Shown here piece by piece: positions 11,280-23,900 of a DNA stretch of 64,000 nt. The position numbers and the translations under genes are program-made. Position 1 is the stretch's first letter. Every line of letters begins with the position of its first letter. Location of the stretch: assembly GCF_022539665.2 (NCBI RefSeq), contig NC_081333.1, positions 7,006,001 through 7,070,000 of the forward strand, read 5' to 3'. The notes beneath the pieces were generated by a model that did no database searches, was not told the origin of the DNA, and saw only the letters and a program-made list of their open reading frames with translations. Origin of the DNA: Daphnia carinata. Lineage: Eukaryota.

Positions 11280-14200
11280 TTAAAACAATGTTAGAGGAGC
11301 GTAACGAATTAATGAAAAGAAGGAAATGATAGCGACGAGATAATAACTTTGCGGTCGAACAGCTGTTTGTGCGACCGAGCCACTGCTTCGAATGATCGAC
11401 ATCTTATTCTGGATGGGTGATTGGATATTGTTATTGTTGGCTCGGCGGCTACTGGGGCCGGCTGGCGGTGTGACTCTCCCTAACGTAAAGTGCGTTGTTG
11501 TCACCTCCAGCGAAGTGCTGTCGGAGTCATCGACGCTGTCCGACTCTTCAGCCCCGCCCTCTTCGTCGTGGTCAGACCACCTACCAAGCGATTTTTCCTC
11601 CTCCACCCTTTTGGTAGCTGTATGTGACAATGTAAAAAAAATGAGCAAGATGACAATTTTTGACAAATGAAACAAATTGCCAAGAACAGATTAATAAGAG
11701 CTAAATTTATATTTTTCACAATTCGATTGACTTGCCGTAGACTGTGATGGTTCCCTCGGAATCGCCGATCGAATTTTTGGAGCAGCACTTGTAGCCACCC
11801 TCGTCAGCACTAGAGGAAAGCTTCAAGTGGAGCCGTAAGCGGGTTGTGTACGTATTGACTTCGATCTCCTCCATGCGGTACTTGTCGTTGGGTATAATAA
11901 TCTCTCCTATAGTGTGTCGTGTGAGGTGAATGGTAAAACAATACAATCGTTATTACAAAGGACGAACAATTCAATCCTATTATTCCATTCCACGCGTCTC
12001 CACAAAACAAATCACAAATTTCACAAAAGCTCAAAAAGCAAACTGAATTTTCTCGTCCTTTGATTTAGTTTCTTTTTTTAACGTCACAGCTATATAGCTT
12101 TTCAATCGATAAATGTGCACCGGCCCATTTCCATCCCACGCCTAGCAATGTATGATTCACTCGGCGCCCTTGATACGAAAACCCTGTTACGTATATGCTG
12201 ATGGCAATGGTCGGGATTTATCGCTTGACGTCGCCTCACCTACCAACGCCCTTGTATTTGGAAACACGAAATCAACAAAAGAGAAACAATACCCTCACCA
12301 AAAAAAAAAAAAAAAAACGAAAATAAGAAGCAGTTTTTTTTCTGTTGGTTCAAACGGGTGTGAAAGAGCAATCGAGGGTGGATTTGTGTAACCACCAAGA
12401 GTCATTTGATTTTCCTTTTGCTGCGTGTGATGATCACTGGAAAGAGAAGGGACCATGTTCCATAAAAGAAAGAAGGGGATTCTCTGCTTGATGGGCCTCT
12501 GGTGTTGTGATGACATTATCGCTGCCTCAAAGAATGCCGGAATGAAGGAGGCCGGAGAGTCGTTTCATCGTTGTGAAAGGGAAACGAACCCGTTGAAGCG
12601 ACAAAGTGGCGAGAGGGGGAGCCAGTAGTGCGAGCTGTATAACAACTGATCGAATCTGCCGGTGACAACGAACGCAGAAAATGTCAACTGCCATCAGTGC
12701 GCGTGTGTGTGTGTGTGTGTGTAGGCTTGAAACAAGAGACAACAAAACGGAAAGAGGATCGACTTGTTCTATATAGTACCGTCTAAGCGCAATAATAGTG
12801 AGGGCGAGAGAAAAGAAAAGAGAGCCTCTTCTGGGAAAACAAAAAAGAAGCAACAATCCGAATCATTGTCATTCATGTAGGAATCTCCACACGATAGGAT
12901 TTCCATTTCGATATAAAGGCAAACGAAACAATGGAAAGGTGTCAGAGTTTGATCCGATTTTTCCCTAAGGCTTCCCTATGTAAGGATTACAAAGTCAATT
13001 TAATTCCACTCGGCCGGCATACATATTCCGGTCCAGAGGTCGTGCATACGTAAACGGCCCTAGTCCATCCCTCCCACTGGGAGTTTAGATTCCGGGAAAA
13101 AAAAATGAAAAGGCAGAGGTCAACTACGACTGGCTGCTGGAGTGCCAAGTCAACTATTCGAGATAGTTTGAAGGGCAACCAAACGAATGGTTGATTCGCC
13201 TATCTAACACCAGTTTGTCAGAACGGGTAGCTCTTCAAAACTCAGCCATCACCCGAAGAAGCTACTGATGTGTAAGTGCAAACTACATAGGCTCGTAGAG
13301 AGTTGAATCAGCAACAACTTGATCATTTACGGCCGGGTTATGCATAATAATCGCGCAAATGTGGCGCAGGAAATGGTGAGAACAATAGATACGAATAAAT
13401 TTTACCACTTTCTCTGGCCCAGTAGTTGATGGGTTTCGGCGATGCTTCCACCATGCAGTCCAAAGTGATATTAGAGCCGAGGGGTCCACCGACCAGCTGA
13501 TTGTGAACTTGAATGATCGGGTAGACTGTTAAATGCCAACAAGTCCAGCAGCGCGATTGCAAATGCCACATGCAAGAAAGAAAAGGTTTAGAAAATCAAC
13601 TTTTGAGGTTCTTGATTTAATTGCCATTTATCGATCGTGCTCCTACCAGCGACGAATCGTAACTTACAGTGAACGTTGACGACGATCCGCCGGCTGACGG
13701 ACGGTGGTACGTTATTGCTGGCAACTGCGATTCGAGAAAATCAATCGGATTGAAACAAAACTTTCAAGAATTACCGAGAACATTTTGCTATGACAACTGG
13801 ATTTCGCAAGTAGATTCTATTCTTATTTCAAGAACAAAAATGATAAACTTACTGCACAAGTAGGCTCCCATTTCAGACCGCGTGATCTTGTGGAATGTCA
13901 ACACCTCGCCTTCAAATATGGGAACTGTTTTGTATGCAAACGCAAAACAAAGAAAACTGATGATTTGGATACCATCCTTCTTTTCCTCGTTCAATCAATG
14001 ACGGACCTTTCTGTTTTTGAAGGGATCCGTTGCGGATGACAATCTCTTGGCCGTCTTCTCGTCGCCAGGTGACGCGCGGCTGAGGGAATCCTTTCGCCTT
14101 GCACGACAAGCGAGCCATTCCGCCTTCCGGAATCAGTACCTCTCCGCCACCCTCTTCGTTCAGTATGTCGGGTGGAACGACCACTTCCAGTGAAGCCGTC

Positions 14201-17200
14201 TATAAAGATTAGATGTGCAATGTTAGGAAAGAAAAAAAAAGTTGTCACGCGTTCGAAAAAAATCTTTTTCTTTCCCAGCCATTTTGTCTGCTCTTTCGTC
14301 TCTTGTTATTTGTCGACTTGTTTGAATGTCTGTTTCCTCCAGACATGTTTACGAGGAATTCAAAAAAAAAAAAGGGAGGGGGGGGGAGATGATTTGACTA
14401 GGTGGTTGCGCACACGCACTCGATGACACACGGAAGAATTAATGGCCACCTCTCTTGCATTTCTCGTCGTTCTCTTTTTCGTCGTTTTACGGGCCACTTC
14501 CTATACACGCTTGATGGCGTCCATCAGGCGAATTCTTTAGTACACGCCACAGATACCATTGTTGTTGAAGAGGTCGTTTCTTTCGTCTGCGACATTGAGC
14601 AACAAACACACATACACATCCCTGTGATATGTAAAAAGCTCATTCTTTTTTTCATTTAGTTTTATTTTACTCGGTACCAAATATCACGTTCAGCTGGGCA
14701 TCAACCGACCATTTGAACGCAGCCGTGGTTTCACTTTGCGAACCATTTTTCTACTTTCCAACCAAGTTGTTGGTTTTAGCTATGATCCACTAAACTCTCA
14801 ATTGCTCTTTTCTTCGACCATTGAAAATCAGCCAATAAAAAGGAAAACAGAGAACTCTGAATGGATGAATAGAATAAGGGTTCTGCCAGTCACAAAGCAA
14901 ATTGGGGACAGATTACTCAACAATCTGTTTCATCACAAATCTCTTTTTCAAAAAGATGATTTGACTCTTTGATCAAAACATTTCATCACAAAATCAGTTT
15001 TCGTTTCTTTGGCAAACGAGGAAAACAACCACACAAACGAAAACATTTTAGATGAGATTGAAAGTAAAGTGGATTTTACCTGACTGAGCATTGGGTCCGA
15101 GTTGATTTGGCACATGTAAACGCCTCGGTCTGAACGGTGGACATCTCTGATGTGCAATGTCCACGTGTGCAGATCGCTGTGCAGTACGGAGAGCCGAGCG
15201 TTGTTGGTCAGGACTCGGTCGTGCATGGCCAAGATGCCCTTGTCGTCCGCCTTGATCCAGGCCACCTATTATTGAAGGATGAAACAAAACAGATGATTAT
15301 TTCCATTGGGGTCGATTGTTTTCGTTTGTCAGAACGAGAAACACATTCCTTCGGCATAAAAAATGCAACGAATTAAAAGAACGAAAAAAGATTGGAATCG
15401 TAGGAAAACAGAAAAAAAAGGGCATAACATCCAATTATAACTAACGATCCCGTAGTCATTTTTTTTTCATATTCGTTTTCCGTTTGTTTTTGCTACTAAT
15501 CAGTTTTTCTTCTTTTGATTCCATAGATTGTCTTTTTGTTCTTTTGCTTTTCTTTCATCTCTTTTTATTGTTTTATTCCATCTCTTATCACAAAGTCTTT
15601 TCTGTCCCTTTTTTTTTTTTTTTTTTTAAGGTGGACGATAGATGTACAATACCCGATGTGGGCCAATGTTGAGAACGACGCAGGTAAAGGAAGCGTCTCT
15701 TCCATTGATGACCGTAATGTTCTCCATTGTCGAACCAAAACTCGGTGCCGGCATGTTGGCGCTGTTGTGATGATGCTGGCCGTCAATTTCTGTCCGGGAT
15801 TATTGCAAACGATATTCACTTCATTAATTAAACACAAGATGTTACAGCGTGGCTCAATTTAGTTTGTTCTTTCTACATCATAGTATTCATCCGCCCAGCA
15901 ACCGCACGTCACTAAGCTAGTTAAAAAGAAATCCTATAACAGCTAAAAACAACAGGGCGTATATTTTCCCTGTAATGGAGGACGGATATCTATCAAACCG
16001 AGATGAGGGAGGGGATTTTGAGGAAACAGCCAAAGTCGGTTGGTATATACAAAAGTTTGTGTTGGACTATTAAAATAAAAAAGAAGGCATACTGGAGAAA
16101 CAGAGAGTTGAAGAGGGGGGATGCGGATGTTTGCTATACGTCAAGTTTGTGTAAATAAGTTGATGAATCCTGGCCAAAAAAGACTATTATCGATGGCGGA
16201 TGAGATGGAAGAGAATCAGATAGTCTCTCTTTTCTCTATATGGCACATCATCATCAACTAGTAAATGTTTAATGGCTATGGAAGCGGCGACGAAAAGAAG
16301 AAAAAAAGGGACGTCATGTGCAGAAGCATTTGTTACAGGCAGAATTAACGGTTGTGTGTGCATTGCTCCCTGTACGCTAAGTAAAACGAAATCTAGAAGA
16401 GGAGGAAGCTTCCACAAGGGAGGAGGGACGACAAAACGGATGAAGACAGAATGAAAAGACAGACGAGCGGAAGAAGAAGGATACATATCGACCGAAGAGG
16501 TTACAAAATCTTTCAGCTCCTTTTTTGACCTGTCCATCCGATAACGAAGCGGAACACTTCGTTTTTTTGGGGGGGGGGCCTTTAAACCAAATAGGTTTAT
16601 GTAATATTATTTTCGGGGAAATCAAAGTTTTTGTTTGGCAAAATCAGTTGCTTAAAAATCCATACACTCCTCTGTTGTTAAATAACTCAGATCAAGTGCT
16701 TTCATTCTTTTGGCCTTCTATTATTTTTAGATCCTTACTGGCAATTTTCATAGCCGTTATCTACTTGCCATCCATATCACAGGAAGGTCGCAGTTGACAG
16801 TTTTGGTTCAGTACGAAAAGAAATATTTTTCTAACACATGAATGCAGCTCAGGCGTTCTGAAATTTTGAATTTTTTACACGCAACGATTATGTAGCCATG
16901 ACAATGTTTTTTTCGTTTTCCTCTTGTTGGTAGAAGCATGCCCGAATTTCAAAGAAAAGGGAAATTGCTCTTTGAATCGCATTTTATCTAGCGCACATTT
17001 GAAGTACACTTTCGAGTTCTGCAGGACAGCGACTGATGAGTTAATAGGATTTTATCAAACAATGAGATTTTGGCAATCTGGTTAACTCTGGAAATCGATC
17101 GCCCATAAAATATGCAACTGAAAAAAAAAAAGACTAGCGACGATAGCAAAAAGAAAAATCCCCGAAACTTCCAATGGACGATTCTAAAAGTCATCACAAA

Positions 17201-17485
17201 TTGATAAAGAGTTATTGAACAGTCACGCTTTATCGGGGGGGGGGGGGGGGGAACACGGCCACCCAAAATAAATCTCAACACAACGCCCCACCCTCAAAAA
17301 AGATGCGTTTCAACAAGAAAATCCGAACCAATTTGTCAACGACGGACTGTAGCTGCGTTGTAATATGAATGAAAATGAATGTGTTTCAAGCTAACAGAAT
17401 AAAATATCACACGACATGTAATACCTGTGAGAATGTGAAGAAGAGCCAATAAGAAAAAGCTCGCCGTCGTCATGTCGACAACCAT
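11280..17485 (-). CDS. Dpr-interacting protein (DIP)/lachesin-family three-Ig cell-surface protein, probably GPI-anchored
   Basis: Phase-consistent exons: 17485-17425 (signal peptide), 15789-15653, 15265-15080, 14199-14007, 13924-13853, 13724-13668, 13525-13406, 11906-11736, 11617-11280. Motifs GRDASFTCVV, VAWIKAD, DRGVYMCQINSDPM, VVVPPDIL, MGAYLCIASNNVPPSVSRR, LDCMVEASPK, GGYKCCSKNSIG. Hydrophobic C-terminal tail. Confidence 0.92.
12703..12722. repeat. (GT)n microsatellite
   Basis: Ten GT units read directly. Similar tracts lie at 22381-22398 and 24150-24169. Confidence 0.9.
17235..17252 (+). repeat. Poly-G tract
   Basis: 18 consecutive G. Other G/C homopolymers lie near 16569, 20594 and 31066. 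Confidence 0.85.
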
Positions 17486-20400
17486 CAATCGCAACTCGTT
17501 CGCTATATAACAGCAGATGGCGGAGAAGCGAAAATAGTCGGCCCCGGATGCGAGAATGAGATTTTCTTCTTGCTCACTGTTGATGCTGCCAGATAGTGTA
17601 CGTGTGCCTGGATGTTGCCGAGATGCGAGGGGGGAAAAAAAAAACGATGTTAACCCGCGTTCCGGCTGGCATGTAGAAAGATACACAGCACTTTCTCACA
17701 CAATATTACATCGTTTTCCTTCTTCGTTGCGCCTTTTATTATTTCGCGCTTTTCCTGCTTGTGTTAGACGACGTCCCGACGACTTGTATCTGTTTAAAAA
17801 TAAAGAATAAATGATTTTCGTACACAAGCACAAGAGAAAATACACCAATCACAAAAATAAGCGAATGGAACGATCAATCAGCCGTCGATGATGCACGCCG
17901 ATTGTCCCCTCCTCACGGGAAGAGGGAGGAACAAGATCGACACACAATCGAATTACACATGTAAGAACAAACTGGGAGGAGCAGCTTTTTAAAAAAGGGG
18001 GGAACTCCACATGAAAGAGAGAGAGCCGTTCTGTCGCTATGTAGCTTTTTTTTTTTAGTACTTTTCATCTGCTAGCCTCTCCCCCGCTCTTTCATTCTTA
18101 TTGGAATATATAGGTTTATACGATCGTCGTTCAGTCGGCTTCTTATAGCGAATGTCGACGGAAAGAAAAACTAGAGAGGCTATACATATCCACGGATTAC
18201 TGAAGAAGAAAAATAGGGCGGGTTGGAAAACAATTCTTGCCCGTTTTTCACGAGCAAAGATCAACGAGGAATCCTCCTCCTCTAACAACTTCTTTTTGGC
18301 ACTGATTACAGTTTGAATTGCGCGCCATTCGCTTTCCATTTCGACATTTTGTTATCTCGTGTATACGTAAGGTCGATATGAATATGATTCCCCTTTTCCA
18401 CGAATATATATATCGTAATGTAAAAATCTTTATAGAACAAGACGACCATAAATGAAATGTTTTCTTCTTTTCAAGGCATATGCCATCCTTTTTTATTAGT
18501 GGAAGATGAAAGAACAGCGAAGAGAATAAGAAAAAACGCAACGATTCGATTTCTCGTGTAAATCCAAACAGCTGGTTACACGTGACGGGCAATTTCTGAT
18601 GTGATTCTTTTTTTTTTTTTTTTTTCTCCTTCAAATTCCTATATTCTTTTATTGCACACACCGAAACAGAGCCAGTCTTTCATCAATGTCTTATTCTCTC
18701 TGTGCGGAGGGAGACGCAAGTCGTTGGGCGGTGTCAACCGTTGCGGCTGTTCTGGGACCCAACCGGCACCGAAAACCCATTGACACGACGCTCTAGGGCC
18801 ATGTCCAAATTGTCATCATCCAATCGGTGCAAATGTAATGACATCTATAAATATAGCCCTCCTCCCTCCTACTATCGTCCTTCTTTCTCTTCGGTGGTTT
18901 TCCTTTAGGCGTTGAACACACAGAAAAAAGGAAAATTCAGAGCAATCGATTTGACATAAAAGATGAAGAAGAACCTTTGGGTTGTACACGAATTTTTGAT
19001 TCGTCTCATTGTTTAACACTGCAGCCAGTAAACGAAATAGGGACACAGTTTGTGTGCCGCGATTTCAGCAGGGTTTGCCTCTTAAGTGAAATGGTGGGAC
19101 AGCAACGTGATTAATCATGCTGACCAGGCAACGGTGGCGCACATTGCCTCATAGTGTGTCCGTCCCGCTTCTTCTTCTCGGAAATGAATGGGATTCAATC
19201 ACCCCGTCATGTCTATGTGCGGATACCCCAAAAGACAGAGACGGACAGACGGACTGACACACAGAAAAGGCAATGGGTTAAACTATCCTATATGCTTCAC
19301 TTCGTCCCGTTTCCCCTTTTTACTTTTATTTCCCCCCTCTCTCTCTCTCTCTCTTCTTCCGCTGTTGGCTACTGATGTTTCTTCTTCCTTCTGTGTGTTT
19401 TAGCTCTGTCCGCCTGTCGTCCGTCCAACTCACTCATTTCGTATTCTGACAGACCCCCCACAGCCAGAAAGTGGTGTATGCGTGCGTGCTGCAAGCCGCG
19501 ATAGTACAACAGTCCCGCGGCTATTTAAACCCTTCTTTTCTGATATCTATTTTTTTTTCTCTCTCTTCTTCTCTTATTTCCAACAGACCGATTTTGCTTA
19601 CCCAATCCCTTCGCATAGAGTGACTGCAAGTTTTGCCCGTCTTGCATGGCGAAAGCTTTATGCAAGGCAGTTTCTTCGGGGACTGGTCTTCTATGTGCTG
19701 CCCATTTTCTCTCGCTTGTCCGCGCGCATCTGCCCCTCTCTCCTGACTGCAAGCGACGAGCATTCATTGTAATTATCGCAACTTCAACGCCAGACGTCTA
19801 CGCACTTGGTCGCTTATAGCCCAACGCCAGAGCTTTACGTATATACACGATTTTCGACGCCTCTATTGGCTTTATCCGGATGTGTGGAATAATACAGCTT
19901 CTATATGATGGATGTATCGTTCGATTCATACGCCGTCATCTTAAAAAATCAGACCTACGTAATTAGATATAGTTTACTTGTATATGCGTTGAATGTTTCA
20001 GCGTACGGAGGCCAGAGCGACGAATGAGAATCAAAAGAAGTATCGGTATACATTAGACGTATAATGGGACTGCGATAGATTTGAATCAAAAGAAGCGTTC
20101 TTTCCTAACGTTTTTAGTGGATAATAGTTTCAAAGAATACTCCTGTATATGGTTGCTCTCATCACCGTTCCGGCCCGGGAAAAAAAAAATCTGATGGCTC
20201 CTGTTCCGGAGTGCCGGAACCGCATTAATACTAAGACCTTAGCTTCACTTATATTAATATGGAATTTTTTTTTTTCAAAGAAAACATTGGCTGTTTTCTT
20301 TCAAAGGAAGTGTTGAATACTGCGGGAATGGATGCCAATTTACTTAGAAGTAACCATATTCGTTATGAAAAAAAGGAGGATAATAATTATTGGAATTCCA

Positions 20401-20787
20401 CGTAATAAGCAAACTCGTTTAAAAGGTGCAGTCAAATAGCATGACATCTTCGGAGAGCTTCGATACAGGGGAAATGATATTGTGATACACGTTCCTCTGG
20501 CTTTTATTTCCTGCATAATGTTTGGAAGATACGAATGGGCAACCCATCATAATTGCCCACTTTGGAACAGGCTAACCACCTTTGTATCCATTACCCCCCC
20601 CCCCCCCTTCGAAAAGGATATAGCCAATTCTCAGAATTAGGTATTTTTTTATCAACTAGTTTATCTTTCATGCCAGGGAATTAATATTCAAGCGATTTCA
20701 CATCACAGTCAAATGAATTCCAGTCTGATGTTCTAGTTCAATGAACAAGGAATGTCTATAAATTAGAGACAGGTATTCAACTCACCT

Positions 20788-20970
20788 TGAAAAACGTCAA
20801 TCCCCGGTGTTTCACTTGTGACTGGTTGAAACTATGTCGCGAAACGAAAACAGTTCACTTTTTTGGGGCTTCTAATAATTGAGCGTTGAATGGTACCGGA
20901 GTAACAAGTTCTCGATTGGAGACGAGGGAAATCGAGTGACCGATAAGCAGCTCGTCACGATGAATACTGA
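20788..20970 (-). other. Probable 5' UTR exon of the DIP gene
   Basis: Strong donor AAG|GTGAGT at about 20787 and a TCAGT Inr-like motif near 20968. The 17485 exon has an upstream acceptor (tatag) that needs such a partner. Confidence 0.4.
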
Positions 20971-23900
20971 AGAGGAATTGTCCTCTTTTTGGTGACTCGT
21001 ACCACCTCAACGACTAAAGGGCTATATAGAGGGGAAAAACTTTTCACTCCTCCCCTCCCCGTTGAACGATGTGCAACTCTCAGCGGCGTCGGCGTCGCTG
21101 ATCCCGTTGCTGCATCATCCACCGAGAGAATCATCATCACTGTTGCAATCGACGAAGTCTTTTCTTCTTTTTTTGATATCTAAAGGTTAGATTGCTGATG
21201 ACCAACAGTGACGAGGCAATCAAACGATGACTGAGATTGAAACGAAGCTACACACTACGCACAACTAGTAAAGAATGATAATGAAATCATTTCGGTCATC
21301 AAATGACCAGTTCTGTTCGTATGGAGCTAATGAGGCTGCTTGGATACGACAACTTTGTACACGCAATCCTCCACATGTCCGTTGGATTTCTGTTGGATGT
21401 CTTTGCTAATTTCAACCTCCGAATTTGCTGTGATCTTTCCTCTCGACATCCAGCTCAACTCCTACGACATCATTATGACGAACTGCACTAAAAAAAAAAA
21501 CAACAAAGAATAGCTTTTTATGAAACGTTGCCATATTTTAAGTATGTATTCCAATTGAACGTGTATTTTATTTATTCTCTAAAAATAAACTGCGATTGAA
21601 AAAAGGCAGCTTTACGGCAATTTTCAACAGCACAGTTCAACGAAGACAGAAATCTCTGTTTTTGTCTTTTGATGCTTCGTTAAGGATTCTACATTTATAG
21701 TAAAATAGGGGAGAAAATCAAACTTTGGGTCTGCCTTGATCTCTTCCGTACGCTCAGCAGCCGAGTACATCTCGTCTTGATAACATCTTCCGTTATCAAC
21801 CAGCAGCAATTGACAGCGTATGATAATAAAGCGTGTACTTATTACACGCAAAAGCACGAGTGATGTGGCTCGTTACTTCCGTCGTTGTGCCAAAATTCAA
21901 TCTTGGATGTAGTTACTCTTTGATACCATTCGCTTCCTGTCTGTGCTCCCTTTCAGAACTATACAGCGACCCAATCAAACAATTGTACAACGAATACACT
22001 ATAATGATATGCAAGGTTATGGTCTATTGATGTCGAGTCAACACCGGAGAACTATGGCAGGTTTTATTTTTTTTTTGTTGTACTCGTGTGCTGTGGTTGT
22101 ATACGCAAATCATATGCAAAATATAACTTTCTACTTTACAGCTGAAAGTCTTTTTTCTACTTGCGTTGGCTGCTTATTGATGCGCGTAAATCCTACACAC
22201 ACACACACGAAAAAAGAAGGAGGTAAAGGAAGCTATAGGCTATATGGCATTATTCACATAATATTCAAAGAGGCGAACAAAGCGAAGAATATATACAGAG
22301 AGATGATAGAAATGAAGAGAGTCGAGTCAGTCTAAGATATAGAGAGCGAGAACTGGTTGATGATTGATTATTCAATGCTATGTGTGTGTGTGTGTGTGGA
22401 GAGAGCGCTCGTCGTGATTCGATGCCGCATGCAAATTTGTTCAACCGCAGAAAAGAAGCTGAGATGATGAGCGCTGCAATCTCAACGACAGACTTCATGT
22501 AGACAAAAATAGCCGGCAGCATTCGATATAGTGAAAATAAATCTGTTGGACGAATTGGAAATGCAACTCCAGAGGGCAAAACAACGAGGAGACAAGGAAC
22601 ATGACAAATGTTCGAATAACGCGCGAATGATTTCGCGTACACACAACAGTAAACAATAAATAGTCTATGCGTTATACGACTGTATACTTTTGAAACATGT
22701 GTTTGTAGATAGATGGTGATGCGGTGCATAATCTACGTGCGGTCCCAAAAATCACTCAGTCTCCCTTTTCATGTCTTCAGCTTTTTATCTATCGATCGTC
22801 GTCAACGACGTCGTTTTGTTTTGTTTTTTTATTCGAGATTTATTTCTTCTTCTTTTTTTTTTTTTTTTGTGTCTGTATTTGTCTGTTCGTGCAACTCGCT
22901 CGATTGTTTTCCACACAGATTTAGGCCGGGCACGAGAGAAAACAGTGAAGCATTCGAAATGGCGACTGAACGTTGACGGGCCAAAATAACAAAACAAAAC
23001 CAAAAAGTCCGGGAGAGAAAGAGAAATACGAAAAAAACTGTGTTGTCACAACACATCAGACCAGTCGGCCGTTTTACCCCCTCTTAGCACGAGTTTTTTT
23101 TTTTTATTCTGATGTTATTCAATCCATGATTTCTATTTAATAGTTTCTTCCTGCGGTATTTTACTACAATCTACGAAAAAAAAGTTGTTATGTCATTAAT
23201 GTTTGATCTGATAATTCCTACGTCATTTGACGCAACAGAGGGGACACGTTAGCGAAATAAAATTGCCAAAACATTTGAACTACACACCCGTAATTGAAAT
23301 CTCCTCAACGTATGCAAATATAGTGTGGCCCTGTACACGGCACGTGTAACAGATGCATTTAACAAACACGGACACGGGTCCTGTAAGCTCCTACAGTCCT
23401 ACACTTGTTTTCTTCATCTACTCTATACTAAACCAGTGTGTATCTATAGCTGTTACACACACAATGTTCCTTCTACGACCTGCTTTCATTTTTCAGTTCG
23501 TCATTTGCTCTGCAGATATACAAGCACGTCGTGCTGCTCTTTTTCCACCATAGCTGCGCTCTGTTTCTATCTCTCTCTCTTGCCTTATATTCCACTCCAG
23601 CTTTCAAAACTTATAATTGCTCGTGTGTGTACGTTCGGAATGGAGCGTGCTCGATCCTTATTCCGCGTCTCTCTCTCTCTCTCTCCTTATATTCCTGCCC
23701 ACATGCAGATGAAGAGAACGCAGCAATACTGAAGAGGCAGCTAGTGCCTAGTTTAGTAGATATATATGTGAGACATGTATATATATATATCCTCACCCCC
23801 ACTTGCATAATCACGAGTATAGCTCTCCTATCGAACAGTGGGTGGTAGGGAACCTTCCCTAATTAAATTCATTAATAAGCCCCCCTTCTCCATATAGGCA

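Noticed and set aside
12664..12672. TTCGTTGTC on the minus strand, recalling the 5' end of miR-981
   Set aside because: The match stops after 9 nt and there is no pre-miRNA-like hairpin placing it on an arm.
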